Assembly (NCBI GenBank): GCA_043228905.1
Contig: JBHGNT010000020.1
Location: 8,928,001-8,992,000, forward strand
Length of the DNA stretch: 64,000 nucleotides
Origin: Azolla caroliniana
Taxonomy: Eukaryota; Plantae; Polypodiophyta
Direction: 5' to 3'
Part shown: positions 51,581 to 63,400 of the stretch, in pieces
Layout of the letters: the number at the start of each line of letters is the position of its first letter
How positions within the stretch are numbered: the first letter of the stretch is position 1
Notes under the pieces: model-generated
Seen by the model: only the letters and a program-made list of their open reading frames with translations
Databases searched by the model: none
Told to the model about the DNA's origin: nothing
Made by a program: the position numbers and the translations under genes

Positions 51581-54286
51581 ATGGACCCGCAAACGCTGTC
51601 GGAAGCCGCCAAGACATGGCTGAAGCAACACGGGCTCGAGGGCTTCTTGATAATGATGGAAGTACCGCCACACAAAGAAGCCGACAAAGTGATCAAGGAA
51701 ATCGATACAGAGGTCATAACGGCAGAGGCGATTCGAGCGTTAACAGGCCTTCCGGAGGGAGGCATACTCACGATCGACAATCCAACCCCGGAGCAACTCA
51801 TCAGGTATTTTGGTGAGTACTCTCTAGCCAGCAAGGGCTACCGGACACAGGGCGGCGGAGATATGCTGTTCCGCGAAATTGCTCGTGTGCTCCATGAATA
51901 CGGCCACGTATACCCTAGACCCCCTCTCATGCCACAGAACCGGGCAAGGATGATCATCGCCACCTATGAAGGGATCAAGGTGGATTGGCCGGTATTGATT
52001 GCAAACGGGTTGTGTGCGGCGATCGAGATCGTCAGAGGCAAAGACGGCAAAGAAGGCCGAGACGGACGAAGGATATGGCACGCCGTAACGTAGTGGCTCA
52101 CCTTGCTGGTGCCACCCGTTCAGACCGTCCAGCCCAAGAAGCAAGGAAGAGTGTCGGACGGCACACCAAGGACGACTTCCAAACGGCAACAGTTGTTGGC
52201 CTCGAAGGCCACTAAGGGAAAGGCGGCGGATGCAGAACAGGCGGCAGCAGGAAGCGGCAACCGGAAGCGCCCAACGGAGGCGCAGGACGTACCACCGGCA
52301 CGGCCTGTAAAGGTCACACTCCGCCGACCGGTGAATCGAGAAGCGGACCCCTTGGCGGCAAAACTCAATGTCGGAGCTTAGGAGGAGGAAATAGAGGAGG
52401 AGCCTACGGAGCACCTCCAGCGACGGTCGTCGGCAAGGACCGTTGAGGCAGCCGGGAAACGTTCAGACCCTCAGACAGAGGGAACACGGACTCCCCATAC
52501 TGAGACTCCTACGCCAAGGAAGGAACCGGAACCGGTGCAGATGGCACCGGAAACAGAAGCCCCGGCAACACCGGCAACACCGGCAAGTCCCATCCCGCCA
52601 GAGTCGGAAAGGTCACTGCAGCCTCCCTCGGTCAACCAAGAAGAAGCGCAAGGGGAACCAGGACAGCAGGATGGTCCACGGGCAGAAAAGGAACTGCAAC
52701 TCGGCGCAACCAGGCGGGACCACCCCTCTACAAGTGAGCCCATCTATCAAACCTCCGTGCAAGCACAACAAGGCACCGGTAGCCTGTGGCTCCGGTGGAT
52801 AGGCGAACAGATAGCCGGAGCAGTGGGGTATATAGAGGCGGAAGAAAGAGCGCAAAGCGAACGGTTGCTCGTCACAACCGAACAACTAGAGACGGCCCAG
52901 TCCAGAATCCGGTGCCTTGAAAAAGATTTGGATCAGGTCACGACAGAGATGGCCAAAATACGGATCCAATCACCGGTGACTCCGGTAAGTGTACAGAATA
53001 AAGAAACGGAACGACCTGTACATAGCAATAAGACCCCGGCAACGGAAACCGTTCCGGCGAGAGATGCGGTGCAAGCTCGGGAGCTTATGGAATTGAGAGA
53101 GGAACTTGCCGCACAAGAAGCGCTAAGGAGCCGTGAACGAGAATTGAAGACGGCGACCGAAGCCGAATTAAAGAAGACTGCTAAGAACCTCCGCCGGGCA
53201 GAGGAGAGCCTCCGGAAAGGCCATCAAGCGTACGACCGGCTAAAGGAGGAGAAAGACAAAGTGCTGCAGGAAAAGGACAAGCTGCGGAAAACGGCGGAAA
53301 CAGAGATTGAACGGCTAAAGGAAGAGCTCCGCCAACAGAAGGACCGCGAGGACCGGGCCCGTCGTCAGATCAACGCACGGCTCAAGCAAAAGACGGATGA
53401 TTTTGAGCACCTGCACCGGAACTACAAACGGCTGGAAACAGAGCATAAAGAATGGATGGCCGAGCTCCAACAGGCAGTTGATCGGGCCGCGACGGCAATC
53501 GCCGACGAACGGGCGGAAAATACAAGACGCTTGGAAGAGGCGGAGAAGGTCCAGATGGAGCTCCAGAGGCAGCAACAAGGAGACAAAGAGAGAGCGTCAA
53601 CAATATTGCAGAAATTACAAAGTACATATCAAAGGCAATTGACGCATTACAAGGCGCAGGCGGAGGACAACATCAAAATCATCAAACAACTGAAGGAGGA
53701 ACGACAAGCGGCGGAAACCAAATCGCAATTGGGAACGAGCCGGATTCAGTCCATCCTCCGGGCATGGCTGAATCAGACGAAACACTTGATTGATGAAAGC
53801 TTCGTAAAATGGTGGACAAAGTGGGCACAAAACGCGGCGGAACTCCAGTTGCTACGGGCGGATGTGGCAAACCGGCGGAAGGAAGGAGATGACTGTTACA
53901 CGTTGACTTCCGAGGACTTCACCGCCATACGGGATCAGCTGGCCGACGACTTCCAAGTCCTGGCAGATGAACAGATGGCGTAGGTCAGGCAGCTCGTAGC
54001 TCAGCTGGACGATGATAGGCTGGACGCTCAAATCCAGTTTGAAAGCTACGAGCGGTCCCGGGTACGGGAAGAAAAAGCACGGGAAGCGACAACGGTTAAC
54101 CTTAGTGATGAGGAACCGTTGCCGGTTGAGGGCCAGCCGGGAACCAGTCAACCGGAGACCACTACGACGCAGGGAGCAATGACGGAGACGCCGGGGTCAG
54201 AGCCACAAACGGAGGAGCAGCCGCAGCAACCACCAACGGATCCGCCGCAACAGACAGCAACAACAACAACAACCACTTCCAGATGA
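51581..54286 (+). pseudogene. Extra ORF of gypsy D (~901 aa): conserved N-terminal domain, Pro/Thr-rich linker, long coiled-coil-like region
   Basis: One frame from ATG 51581 to TGA 54286, broken only by TAG at 52091, 52379 and 53981. Homologues at 10669-11880, 18600-19790 and 63136-64000. Confidence 0.85.
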
Positions 54287-54373
54287 ACCATTGGAGCCTC
54301 TCGGACAAAGCATTCTGGACATTTTGGACGAAGAATAGCAAGGGTCGGTTGTGGATTCGACGTACAAGGTACT

Positions 54374-54390
54374 GTCCCACAGGCGTGCCA
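54374..54390 (-). promoter_or_regulatory. Inverted PBS-like site occupying the PPT position
   Basis: Minus strand reads LTR-end TAACA, then CA, then TGGCACGCCTGTGGGAC. No purine run adjoins the 3' LTR. Confidence 0.7.
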
Positions 54391-56091
54391 TGTGTTACCG
54401 GCCGGCAAAGGAGTCCAAAGTGGGAAACGGAGAGCTAATTAAGAAGTAGGAATGTGGTTGTAATTAAGCTATGAGTGTGGACGGACGAACCGGAATCGGT
54501 ATGCTGTTCCGGATCCAGACCGATCCCGAACAGGTGCGGATGGCACCGTTTTGTAATACAGACCGGAAACCTATTTAAAGGCCCGGATACAATGTAATAG
54601 AGGGCGGTTAATTAATGAAAGCTTAAGCGTTGTTATCTCTCTGTGTTAATTGTCGTTCTGTCTTAATTGTTATATCTTACGCGTGTTATGAAAGACGATC
54701 CTAATAAGTAACTTAACGAAGTCGGATTAAGCGTTGAAGTCTAATCCGGTTGCCGTAACACCCTTTGGTGAAGTGTCTCACGTAGACACCCTGTGTTAGG
54801 CCATTGTCCGGCCCGAAGAGTTAACAGGCACCATATGCCTCAGCCGTCGGCAGTCTAATGTATGCTATGGTCTGTATGAGACCGGACATAGCATTTGTTG
54901 TGGGAGCAGTAAGCCGATATATGAGTAATCCAGGGAGAGAACACTGGGCAGCGGTGAAATGGATACTCAGGTACTTAAAGGGCACCTCAAGTGTGTGCCT
55001 AAGGTCTAGTGTCGAAAAACCTGTGCTGGAAGGTTTTACCGATTCAGACATGTCTGGAGATACCGACTCAAGACGATCCACGTCAGGGTACATGATGATC
55101 TATGCAGGGGGAGCAGTGTCGTGGCAGTCAGGACTTCAGAAGTCTGTAGCCTTGTCGACTATAGAGGCAGAGTATATGGTAGCGGTAGAAGCTGGAAAAG
55201 AGCTGATCTGGATGAGAAATTTTCTCATCGAACTAGGCATGAAGCAAAACGAGTTCTTGCTTCACTGTGACAGCCAAAGCGCCATACACCTAGCCAAGAA
55301 CGTGGCATACCACTCCTGGACCAAGCACATACAGAGAAGCTATCACCAGTTGCAGGAGAGAGTCGAAGATGGAGAGTTTGCTCTTGTGAAGATCCATACT
55401 GACGACAATGGATTTGACATGCTGACGAAGAACCTACCTATGGACAGACTCAGAATCTGTTGACAAAATACAGGACTGACAAATTTCCTCCCACAGGAGT
55501 GAAGGGGGAGTTTGTTGGGAATAGGTCCCTCCAGTGGGAGGATGATCTGACTGTTCGGAAAGCCGAAAATCGAAGAGTCGGAAAACAGGAGCCGAGTTGA
55601 TGAGGAACTCGGCCGAGGCCGAAACCAGAATCAAGTAAATAGCCAACTCGGGAGACTATATTTGTAAATAGTCTTATTGTGCGCCCCATGAGGGCTACGT
55701 ATGTAAATAACCAGATAGTTCCGTAAGTATATATGCAACTAGGGCAAACATGTTGTATGAGAGATGTAGGAACAGAAGAAGTTGAAAACTCTGTGCAAGA
55801 GAGAGAGAGAGAGGGAAGTGAGAGCCGCGCCATAGTTGTGTGTGTAACAGCACATGCAAAGAGCCCTGTGTGGCTGATGCACTCGTGAGAGAGTGTTGTA
55901 TTCCTCTCAGTGGTGTATATCCACTATTTGTATAGTGAAGTTCTGTTCCCGTGGTTTTTCTCGTTTTAGGGTTTTCCACGTAAATCTCTGTGTACATATG
56001 TTTATCTTGTCTTTCTAGCATTTTCTTATGAATCTTATTTCAGCGCGTAGTTCCTTCATTGTGATTTATATTCCGCAACGATTTCTCAATA

Positions 56092-56210
56092 GGATGCAAG
56101 ATATAGAAAATTGGTTTGGTAGCTAGGATACGAGACACTTGCTTCATGATGCACCACTAGATTCCTTTGTAAATGAGGTCTTTTTGCAACGCCAATGTAT
56201 CATGACATGG
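56092..56210 (+). mobile_element. RTE-like LINE fragment, continuation of 40762-40920
   Basis: MQDIENWFG...HLLHDA.LDS..NE.FLQ.QCIMTW matches ORF 11862-12176. Confidence 0.85.
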
Positions 56211-56647
56211 TGTTACCCGGACAAAGGGGGCGGACAGACATAGTGGGGAAGCGTCGGAGTCGGAAGCGTAGGAGTCGGAGGTTCGGACTCAAAGTCGGAG
56301 GTTCGGAGTCGAAATCGAAGTCGGATCGATGAGTCATCATAATAATTAATACCGAAAAGTATAGTTAGTTACATGTTTTGTAGTTATTGCTGATAGGGCA
56401 ATATGTATTTCTTGATGAGGAAGTCATTGAGGTTGCCTATAAAAAGGAATTAAAGACATTGTAAAATCTATCGTTTTACTTTTAGTAATATAAGTTTAGT
56501 TGTAGGAATTCTCGGTGTGTAGTTGTTTATTTTTTTTGTTATCTAATCTACTCTGCTACAACTGTATTACGTAAGTAACGATCTTGATGTCTGTGTAACA
56601 TCGATAAGACTATAGTAACTTAATATCTATTCGCACAACCAGAATTC

Positions 56648-57407
56648 TGACAGGAACTGCACGCTCCCTATACGCAAGGCTCGGCCACAACCGAGCTTAG
56701 AATCATACACAGAAAAAACGAGAAATAAATGTACGACACGAAGAAGAGAAGAGTACGCAGGATGTTTACGTGGAAAACCCAAACTAAGGGAAAAACCACG
56801 GCAACCCACTGGCTGCAAACTATCACTATGTTAGAATATACAACAATGAGTTCACGGAGGCAACGACCTTGTGCTCACAATCTTCGCCACAGGCGGTGGT
56901 TACAACTGAGGCAACGACCTCTTCCTCTCTCTCACTCTCTCTGTACACAGTTACGCGCTCTGATCTAACGCTGACAAGAAAATAACCACACACACATAAA
57001 AGGTTTGCCCTAAGTCATATTTATACTTAATATGACTTTTCGGCTATTTACAAATGTAGCCATGATGGACTCTCAGAAACATATTTACGAATATGTCTCT
57101 TCATCCGGTGAGCACTCCTCACCGAGTCTGCACCATCCAGCTCTCCGTAGCCGGGTACTCCTCATCCGGTTCTCACCGGGTCTGCATCATCCGGCTCTCC
57201 GTAGTCAGGTACTCCTCATCCGGTTCTCACCGGGTTTGCACCATCCCCGGCTCTCCGTAGTCGGGTACTCCTCATTCGGTTCTCACCGGGCCTGCACCAT
57301 CCGGCTCTCCGTAGCCGGGTACTCCTCATCCGGTTTCGGCCTCGGCCGAGTTTGTTCATCAGCACTGTTCTTCTCCCTTCCCATCCAGAGGGACCTGTCT
57401 CCCAACA
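56648..57407 (-). mobile_element. Solo LTR of copia family A (760 bp) with perfect TSD AATTC
   Basis: TG...CA termini. AATTC at 56643-56647 and 57408-57412. Homologous to 2471-2959 and 30786-31417. Confidence 0.95.
57102..57335. repeat. ~54-bp tandem array (about 4 copies) in the U3 part of the solo LTR
   Basis: Unit approximately CATCCGGCTCTCCGTAGCCGGGTACTCCTCATCCGGTTCTCACCGGGTCTGCAC. Confidence 0.9.
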
Positions 57408-60400
57408 AATTCTTTGAAAGAATGTTTGGTATGAACGTTCGGACGTTGTTGTGTGTTGGCGACCGAGTCGGCTGTTGCATCTACAAGTAGCAAAGAACAA
57501 GTCGAATGGAATCATCGTCTGGTCCGGATACACTAGTAGATCGTAAACATCTGCGTACAAGTTCGGTTACAAACCGACTCAATGAGGATTCTACTACTGC
57601 AGTACAGTAAGAAACAAGTTGGAGGTGGTCTTCAGTTCCCGACTTAACTGATAGTAAGTCGGACAGAGATTAGTCCGAAGAAGTCTCATTTTACGATATC
57701 TGGAGTGAAGACAATATGCATTACCCTTACTCAAAATTTCGAGAAGGCGCTGATGCAAAAGCCCATATTAGGGAATTCTTGACAATATGGAAATAAACCA
57801 TGGAGCTCAGTGAGTATCGGCGGTAGCCGAGGATAAGTCTAAAATAGCCGAGTTTGTTTTGTCATTAGATGGCTAGTCGGCAAATTGGTTTGCTCAGAAT
57901 GGCTTCCCAGCATTCGAAACATTCGAACAATTAACCAATAAGTTTCTTCAATTGTTTCATCGACAGATTCCTCAAAAGGATCTAATAGCTCAATTTTATG
58001 CATTATATCAAGAACCCAATGAAATGGTGTCACAATTTCTCATTCGTTTTCAGAATCTGTAGTTACAAATTTCCAGGCCAATTTCAGATAACGAACTAAA
58101 GGATATCTTTCTCGAGGCAATTCGCAAACCACTAAGAATAACACTAGCGGTGTTCGATTTCGAAAGTGAGTCAATTGAGTAAGTGATTGATAAGACCATT
58201 ACTATGGGTCAAAATCCAAAAAATATAAGAAGTATGGATATGTCGGCATTGCATCATACTTTGCCAACTATGGAAGAATTACAGTTTCGCCAAGCAGTAC
58301 AATGTACTACTTGTTTGAATACTGGGCATTCGACAATCAAGTGTAGTTTACATACACATTGCACAATCTGTCACTCTAAGGCCCATTCAGTAGAACAATG
58401 TGAATATAATTTGCTTAACAAAACAACAACGCCGGTATGGCAAGTTTTTCCGGAAAATAGTTACCAAGATAGTCGTAATAGGTTCAATGACCGGTATGAT
58501 AATCAGAATTATTTAGAAAGGCGACCGCATAATAACTGGAATGAATATAGGAGAAATGATAATCAAGGTCCGACAGAGGAAGTCTGATAGTATGATTATC
58601 GAAAGAATTGAGATCAAGATTTTTCAAAACCGCAAGATAACAGTCGTCAACACCAACAAGGAGGTCGTTATCACAATAAACAAAATCGGCCCAACAACAA
58701 AAAATTCTATAAGCCAAAAGCATCACGGCAATTTCAACATGATTCTCAGAAAGAACATCTGAATGAAGATTCCCAATATGAATAGGGGGAAGGCAGTGGA
58801 TCATTCACTCCTAGCTATTATATTTGCAGGAAAGATGGACATTATGCAAATCAATGTCCCTCTAAAATCAAAGGAATAGCACTTGTTGTTAATATGGTGA
58901 TACCGGAAATTCAGCAGGTCATTACCAGAAGTAAAGGTAAACAATCAGAATGGGAAATCCAGGACGTTGTTACAATAGCAGCCAAGGAATGGGTGGAAGA
59001 AGCAAATAAAGTAATGTGTCGAAGATGCTGCAAGATAATGAGGTAAACCAAGTTAACGAGCTACCCGGAGCAAGGTTCATACAGGAACATGAGGAAGCTT
59101 GGAAAATCTTGGCTGATTGCCAAGTATCATTACCCTTGACAGGATTACTGAAATTAGTTCCACGGTTTACGGAGAAAGTGGCAACTTTGATTGCCCAGAA
59201 AGGGATAGAACATGTAGCAATTAATTAAAGTCAGCCAAGTAATAGTTCGGTAGTTATGGATGAGCAGAATCCATCAATAAGAGTGATAATACATGGCCAA
59301 GAAATAGAGGGCACTATTGTAGATGGTGGATCAGGAGTAAATGTAATTAACAAAACTACTTGTGACAAGCTGGGGATCACTAAATGGGAAGCATGTCCAT
59401 TCTGGTTGAGAATGGCCGATACCAGTATGGTGCGACTGATCGGATTAATTAGGCAATTAGATGTCGTATTAGGTGGTCACACTTTTCAAATATCAGCAGT
59501 GGTGCTTCATTTGGAGGCTCCCGGGGCATATCCTTAGCTATTAGGGCGGCCATGGTTAAAGACTGTCAATATTAAGCAAAATTGGAATTAGAATTTATTA
59601 ACATTCCAGAAAGGAAAAAATAAAATTTGGGTATCCACCCACAATAAGATAACTACAAGTAGGCAATGTCTGGTGGTTCATGCAGAGGCAGTCAATATGA
59701 TGTAAGGATTGGACGAAGTAGAAGAGGCTAATTATTTTGATGATAACCCAAAAATTATTCCCTTGTTCGAAGTGGACATATTACAAGCTCTTACATCATA
59801 TGTTGATCCACAAGATGACGTACCACTTGATGATCAAACAATGAAAGAAATCCGCCTTCAGCAAGAGGCTACCGAAAAAGAAATAAAATTATGTCAACGA
59901 GTCCAAGCTTCGGCATTGGAAGAGATAAATTTAGTTGGGGAAGATAACATGCTCGAACGAAAAACAATACTAATCGCCAAGGATATGTTGTTAGCTGACA
60001 AGCAATGATTAATCGGCTTACTCAAACAGTATAAGGATGTGTTGGCCTGGTCCTTCGAAGACGTGAAAGGGTTGGATCTAGCCTTTTGTCAACACCAAAT
60101 TAATTTGCATAAAGATGTGAAGCCAGTTCAACAACACAGGTATCGTCTGAATCCAAATTATGCAATTAAGGTCAAAGAAGAAATAGATAAACTACTTAAG
60201 GTAGGGTTTATTCGTCCTATAAAAAAAGCTACATGGTTGAGCCCGATTGTAGTCGTCCCAAAAAAGAATGGAAAGATTCGGGTATGTGTCGACTATCAGA
60301 AGCTCAATGCAACAATAATAACAGACGCATTTCCATTACCATTTACGGACGGTATATTGGATGCAGTAGTTGGTCATGAAATGTACAGTTTTCTAGATGG

Positions 60401-63400
60401 CTTTAGCGGGTATAATCAAGTAAGAATGAATCCGGATGATCAAGAAAAGAGAGCCTTTGTCACCGAATGGGGGGTATTTGTGGCGGCCGTAATGATGTTC
60501 GAGTTAAAAACAACCCCAGCCACATTTCAAAGGGTCATACAGGAAATTTTTGTTGAATATATTCCAGCATTCATGCAAGTTTTCTTGCATGATTTTGTTG
60601 TCTATAGTCGAAAGTCAGAACATTTCGAACATTTGCAATTATGTTTGGAACGATGTCGGAAAGGTCGACTTAGCTTGAATCCGGCAAAATGCGTGTTCAA
60701 AGTTACGAGTGGAGCATTATTAGGACACATTGTCAGTCAAGAAGGAATTGCAGTTGACCTAGACAAGGTAAAAGCGGTATTAGATGCACCAACACCAACC
60801 AATTCTAAGAGCCTTAGTCAATTTTTAGGGCAAATTAGATGGCATAACAGAATGATCCGATATATTGCTGATGTTGCCACTCCTTTACATACGGCGGTGC
60901 ATAAAACACCTTTCCAATGGACGATTGTGGAGCAGGATGCATACGACTGTCTAAGGAAAATGCTTTCTAGAGTTTCGGTTGTCCAACCACCTCATTGGAA
61001 CAAACCGTTTCATGTGTTTGTCGATGCATCCAACGTAGCAATTGGAAGTGCACTAATGCAGTTATCCGAACCAAACTGGTACAGACCAGTTTACTACGCT
61101 AGTCGAAAACTATCCACAACAAAAAGGAATTATTCGACAACTGAAAGGGAACCTCTGGGAATGATTTACAATATCAACAAATTTCGACACTACCTTCTAG
61201 GGAAGAAATTTACATTCCATGTGGATCACTCTACTTTACTATATTTAGTATCCAAACAGGAATTAATTGGCAAACTAGCACGATGAACGCTATTACATCA
61301 GGAATTTGAATTTGACATTCTGCATAGACCAGGAGTGCAACATGCCGTCGCAGATTACCTTAGCCGATTAGAATCGGGAGAAGAGGGAATAGGTGTTAAA
61401 GATGATTTTCACTATTTCGAGTAGAGACGGTACTAATGCAGGAAATAAATGAGGAGATCGAGGATGCTTGGATTACAGAAATGACAATTTTTCTTACAAC
61501 AGGGTTACCACCCGAGCATCTATTAGCTAATGAAAGAAAACGGTTAGCAGTTCGCAACCAGAATTTCTATCTTTTAAATGACACTTTGTATCATAAAGGA
61601 GCTGATGGAATTTGGCGACGAGCAGTACGTCAAATTGAGAAAGAGTTAATTCTTCGGGAATCTCACTGTGGTATCACGGGAGGGCACTACACCGGCGAAA
61701 CTACTGCTCGAAAAATTTGGAACAGTGGGTTATGGTGGCCGACAGTTATGAAGGATGCAGTCGAATACTGTCGGAAGTGCAATTTATGTCAAAGGATGGG
61801 TCAACCTATGGAAAAAGACAGGATGCCATTTCAACCTGTCTTGCCTTTCAAACCATTCTAGAAATGATTAGACTTTGTTGGCCCATTTAAACCAGCAGCA
61901 ATTCGAACAGGGAATCGATACATCATAGTAGCCACTCATTACTGCACTAAGTGGGTAGAGGCTAAGCCTTTACGGGATAACACGGCAGCATCGACAACAA
62001 AATTTCTATACGAAAGTATATGGTGCCGATATGGGTGTCCAATTGAGTTGGTAAGTGAACAAGGTACACATTTTTTTAATAAGATTGTACATGAATTATC
62101 TACATATTATGCAGTGGTTCATAAGAAAAGTACTCCTTATTACCCTCAAGCCAATGGGCTAGCGGAGTCAACAAATAAAATGCTGCAAATGATACTCAAG
62201 AAAATAGTCAATGAAAATCGTGCAGATTGGGATCAGAAATTGAATAGTGCCTTATGGGCATATAGGACTTCATATAAAACTTCTATCAAATCGACTCCTT
62301 TTTGCATGGCATTCAGGTTAGAAGCCATAATGCCAATAGAGTTTCAAGTTCCGACACTCCGAATTCAAGTGACAGAAAGGTTAGATGAGCTACAATCGGA
62401 ACAAATTCGGAAAGCAGGATTATTATTACTAGAGGAAAGTCAGATATATGCTATGATAGATTTAGGGCGGAAGCAACAACAAACAAAAGCATTTGTGGAT
62501 CATCAGAAAAGCAGTTCGCAATCGGAAAACCAGTGTTAGTATTTCAAACAGAAACGGGGTCTATGACGGGGAAGCTTTGATTTTGATTGATGGAACCATT
62601 CTGGATTGTTAATGGCAGAAATGGTACGTATCAAGTTGGAATGTTGTCTAGGGACATTCTACTGAAATGGGTAAATGTTTTAAGCTTAAACCCTATTTCG
62701 GGTCAATACCGGAGAACCCCTTTCAGGCTACATCCTCTACAACGTGACGTGGTAGACGTCGCACAAAAAAAAAAAATCTTGGCAAAGAATAACTAACTAT
62801 TATTATCTTGACAAAAATAAGTAACTGTCACAAAAAGAAATATTGGGGAAATCTTTGTAACACTATAAGTAGCCTAGGGGTAATAATGCATGTAGACTTT
62901 AAACAAGTAGTGGAGCCATTATTACTATTTTTAGACTACTACTTACATTAATAGTAGCATTTTCTAGTTCCTACGCATCATGCAACGATTCATTTCCTTA
63001 AAACCTATTTCTTCATCTTCTATGCCAACAACGCAACGATAGAAGCGTATACGTGCTGAAAAGTTTTTTGCTCTTCCGCGCCATAGCCTTAAGTTTTCTT
63101 CACAAAACTCTGATCTTTCTCTCGAAGATGACATAATGCCAATCCCTATTCCCGATAACCTATGCCAGTGGCTCGTAAACAAGAAACTGCAGGGTTTCCT
63201 CAAGGTTGCAAAGGCAGAGCCCCACCCTCGTGCGACAAAACTTTTGCAGCAGATCGACGTCTCCAAAATAACGAACAAACAAGTATGCCTAGTTTTGGAA
63301 TTAAAACGAGAAGGCTTTCATGATGTACAGAAAATGGACAAGGATATGCTCAGATCATATTTTGGAGAATATTCTCCCTCGGCCAAAGCTTTTCAAACAC

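Larger units (their letters stand above)
44909..54826 (+). mobile_element. Structurally complete Ty3/gypsy non-chromovirus element (family D) with a downstream extra ORF
   Basis: 434-bp LTRs 44909-45342 and 54393-54826 (TGTTA...TAACA, about 11 substitutions by eye). Perfect TSD GGCAC (44904-44908, 54827-54831). Order gag-PR-RT-RH-INT. Confidence 0.97.
40921..56091 (+). mobile_element. Full-length Ty1/copia element, family C (related to A), split by gypsy D
   Basis: LTRs 40921-41521 and 55513-56091. PBS TGGTATCAGAGC at 41525-41536. PPT GAGTGAAGGGGGAG before 55513. TSD AGATG/GGATG (one mismatch). Degraded gag-pol 41550-44908 and 54832-55500. Confidence 0.95.

Noticed and set aside
52535-53983. 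Captured host myosin/SMC-like gene
   Set aside because: Generic coiled-coil composition; it is in frame with the element's extra ORF and has homologues in sister elements.
54326-54345. Purine-leaning GGACGAAGAATAGCAAGGG as the PPT of D
   Set aside because: Interrupted by pyrimidines and ~50 nt from the LTR, whereas a PPT must abut the LTR start.
54340-54390. A tRNA gene or SINE before the 3' LTR
   Set aside because: Only the last ~17 nt resemble a tRNA end; no cloverleaf or properly placed A/B boxes.
57102-57335. CRISPR-like array (also 46778-46897)
   Set aside because: Contiguous tandem units without unique spacers, inside eukaryotic retroelements.
57457-57464. TGGCGACC as the PBS of element E
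   Set aside because: It is not preceded by a CA LTR end, and the context resembles the interior of D's LTR. E's LTR end and PBS may be deleted. Unresolved.
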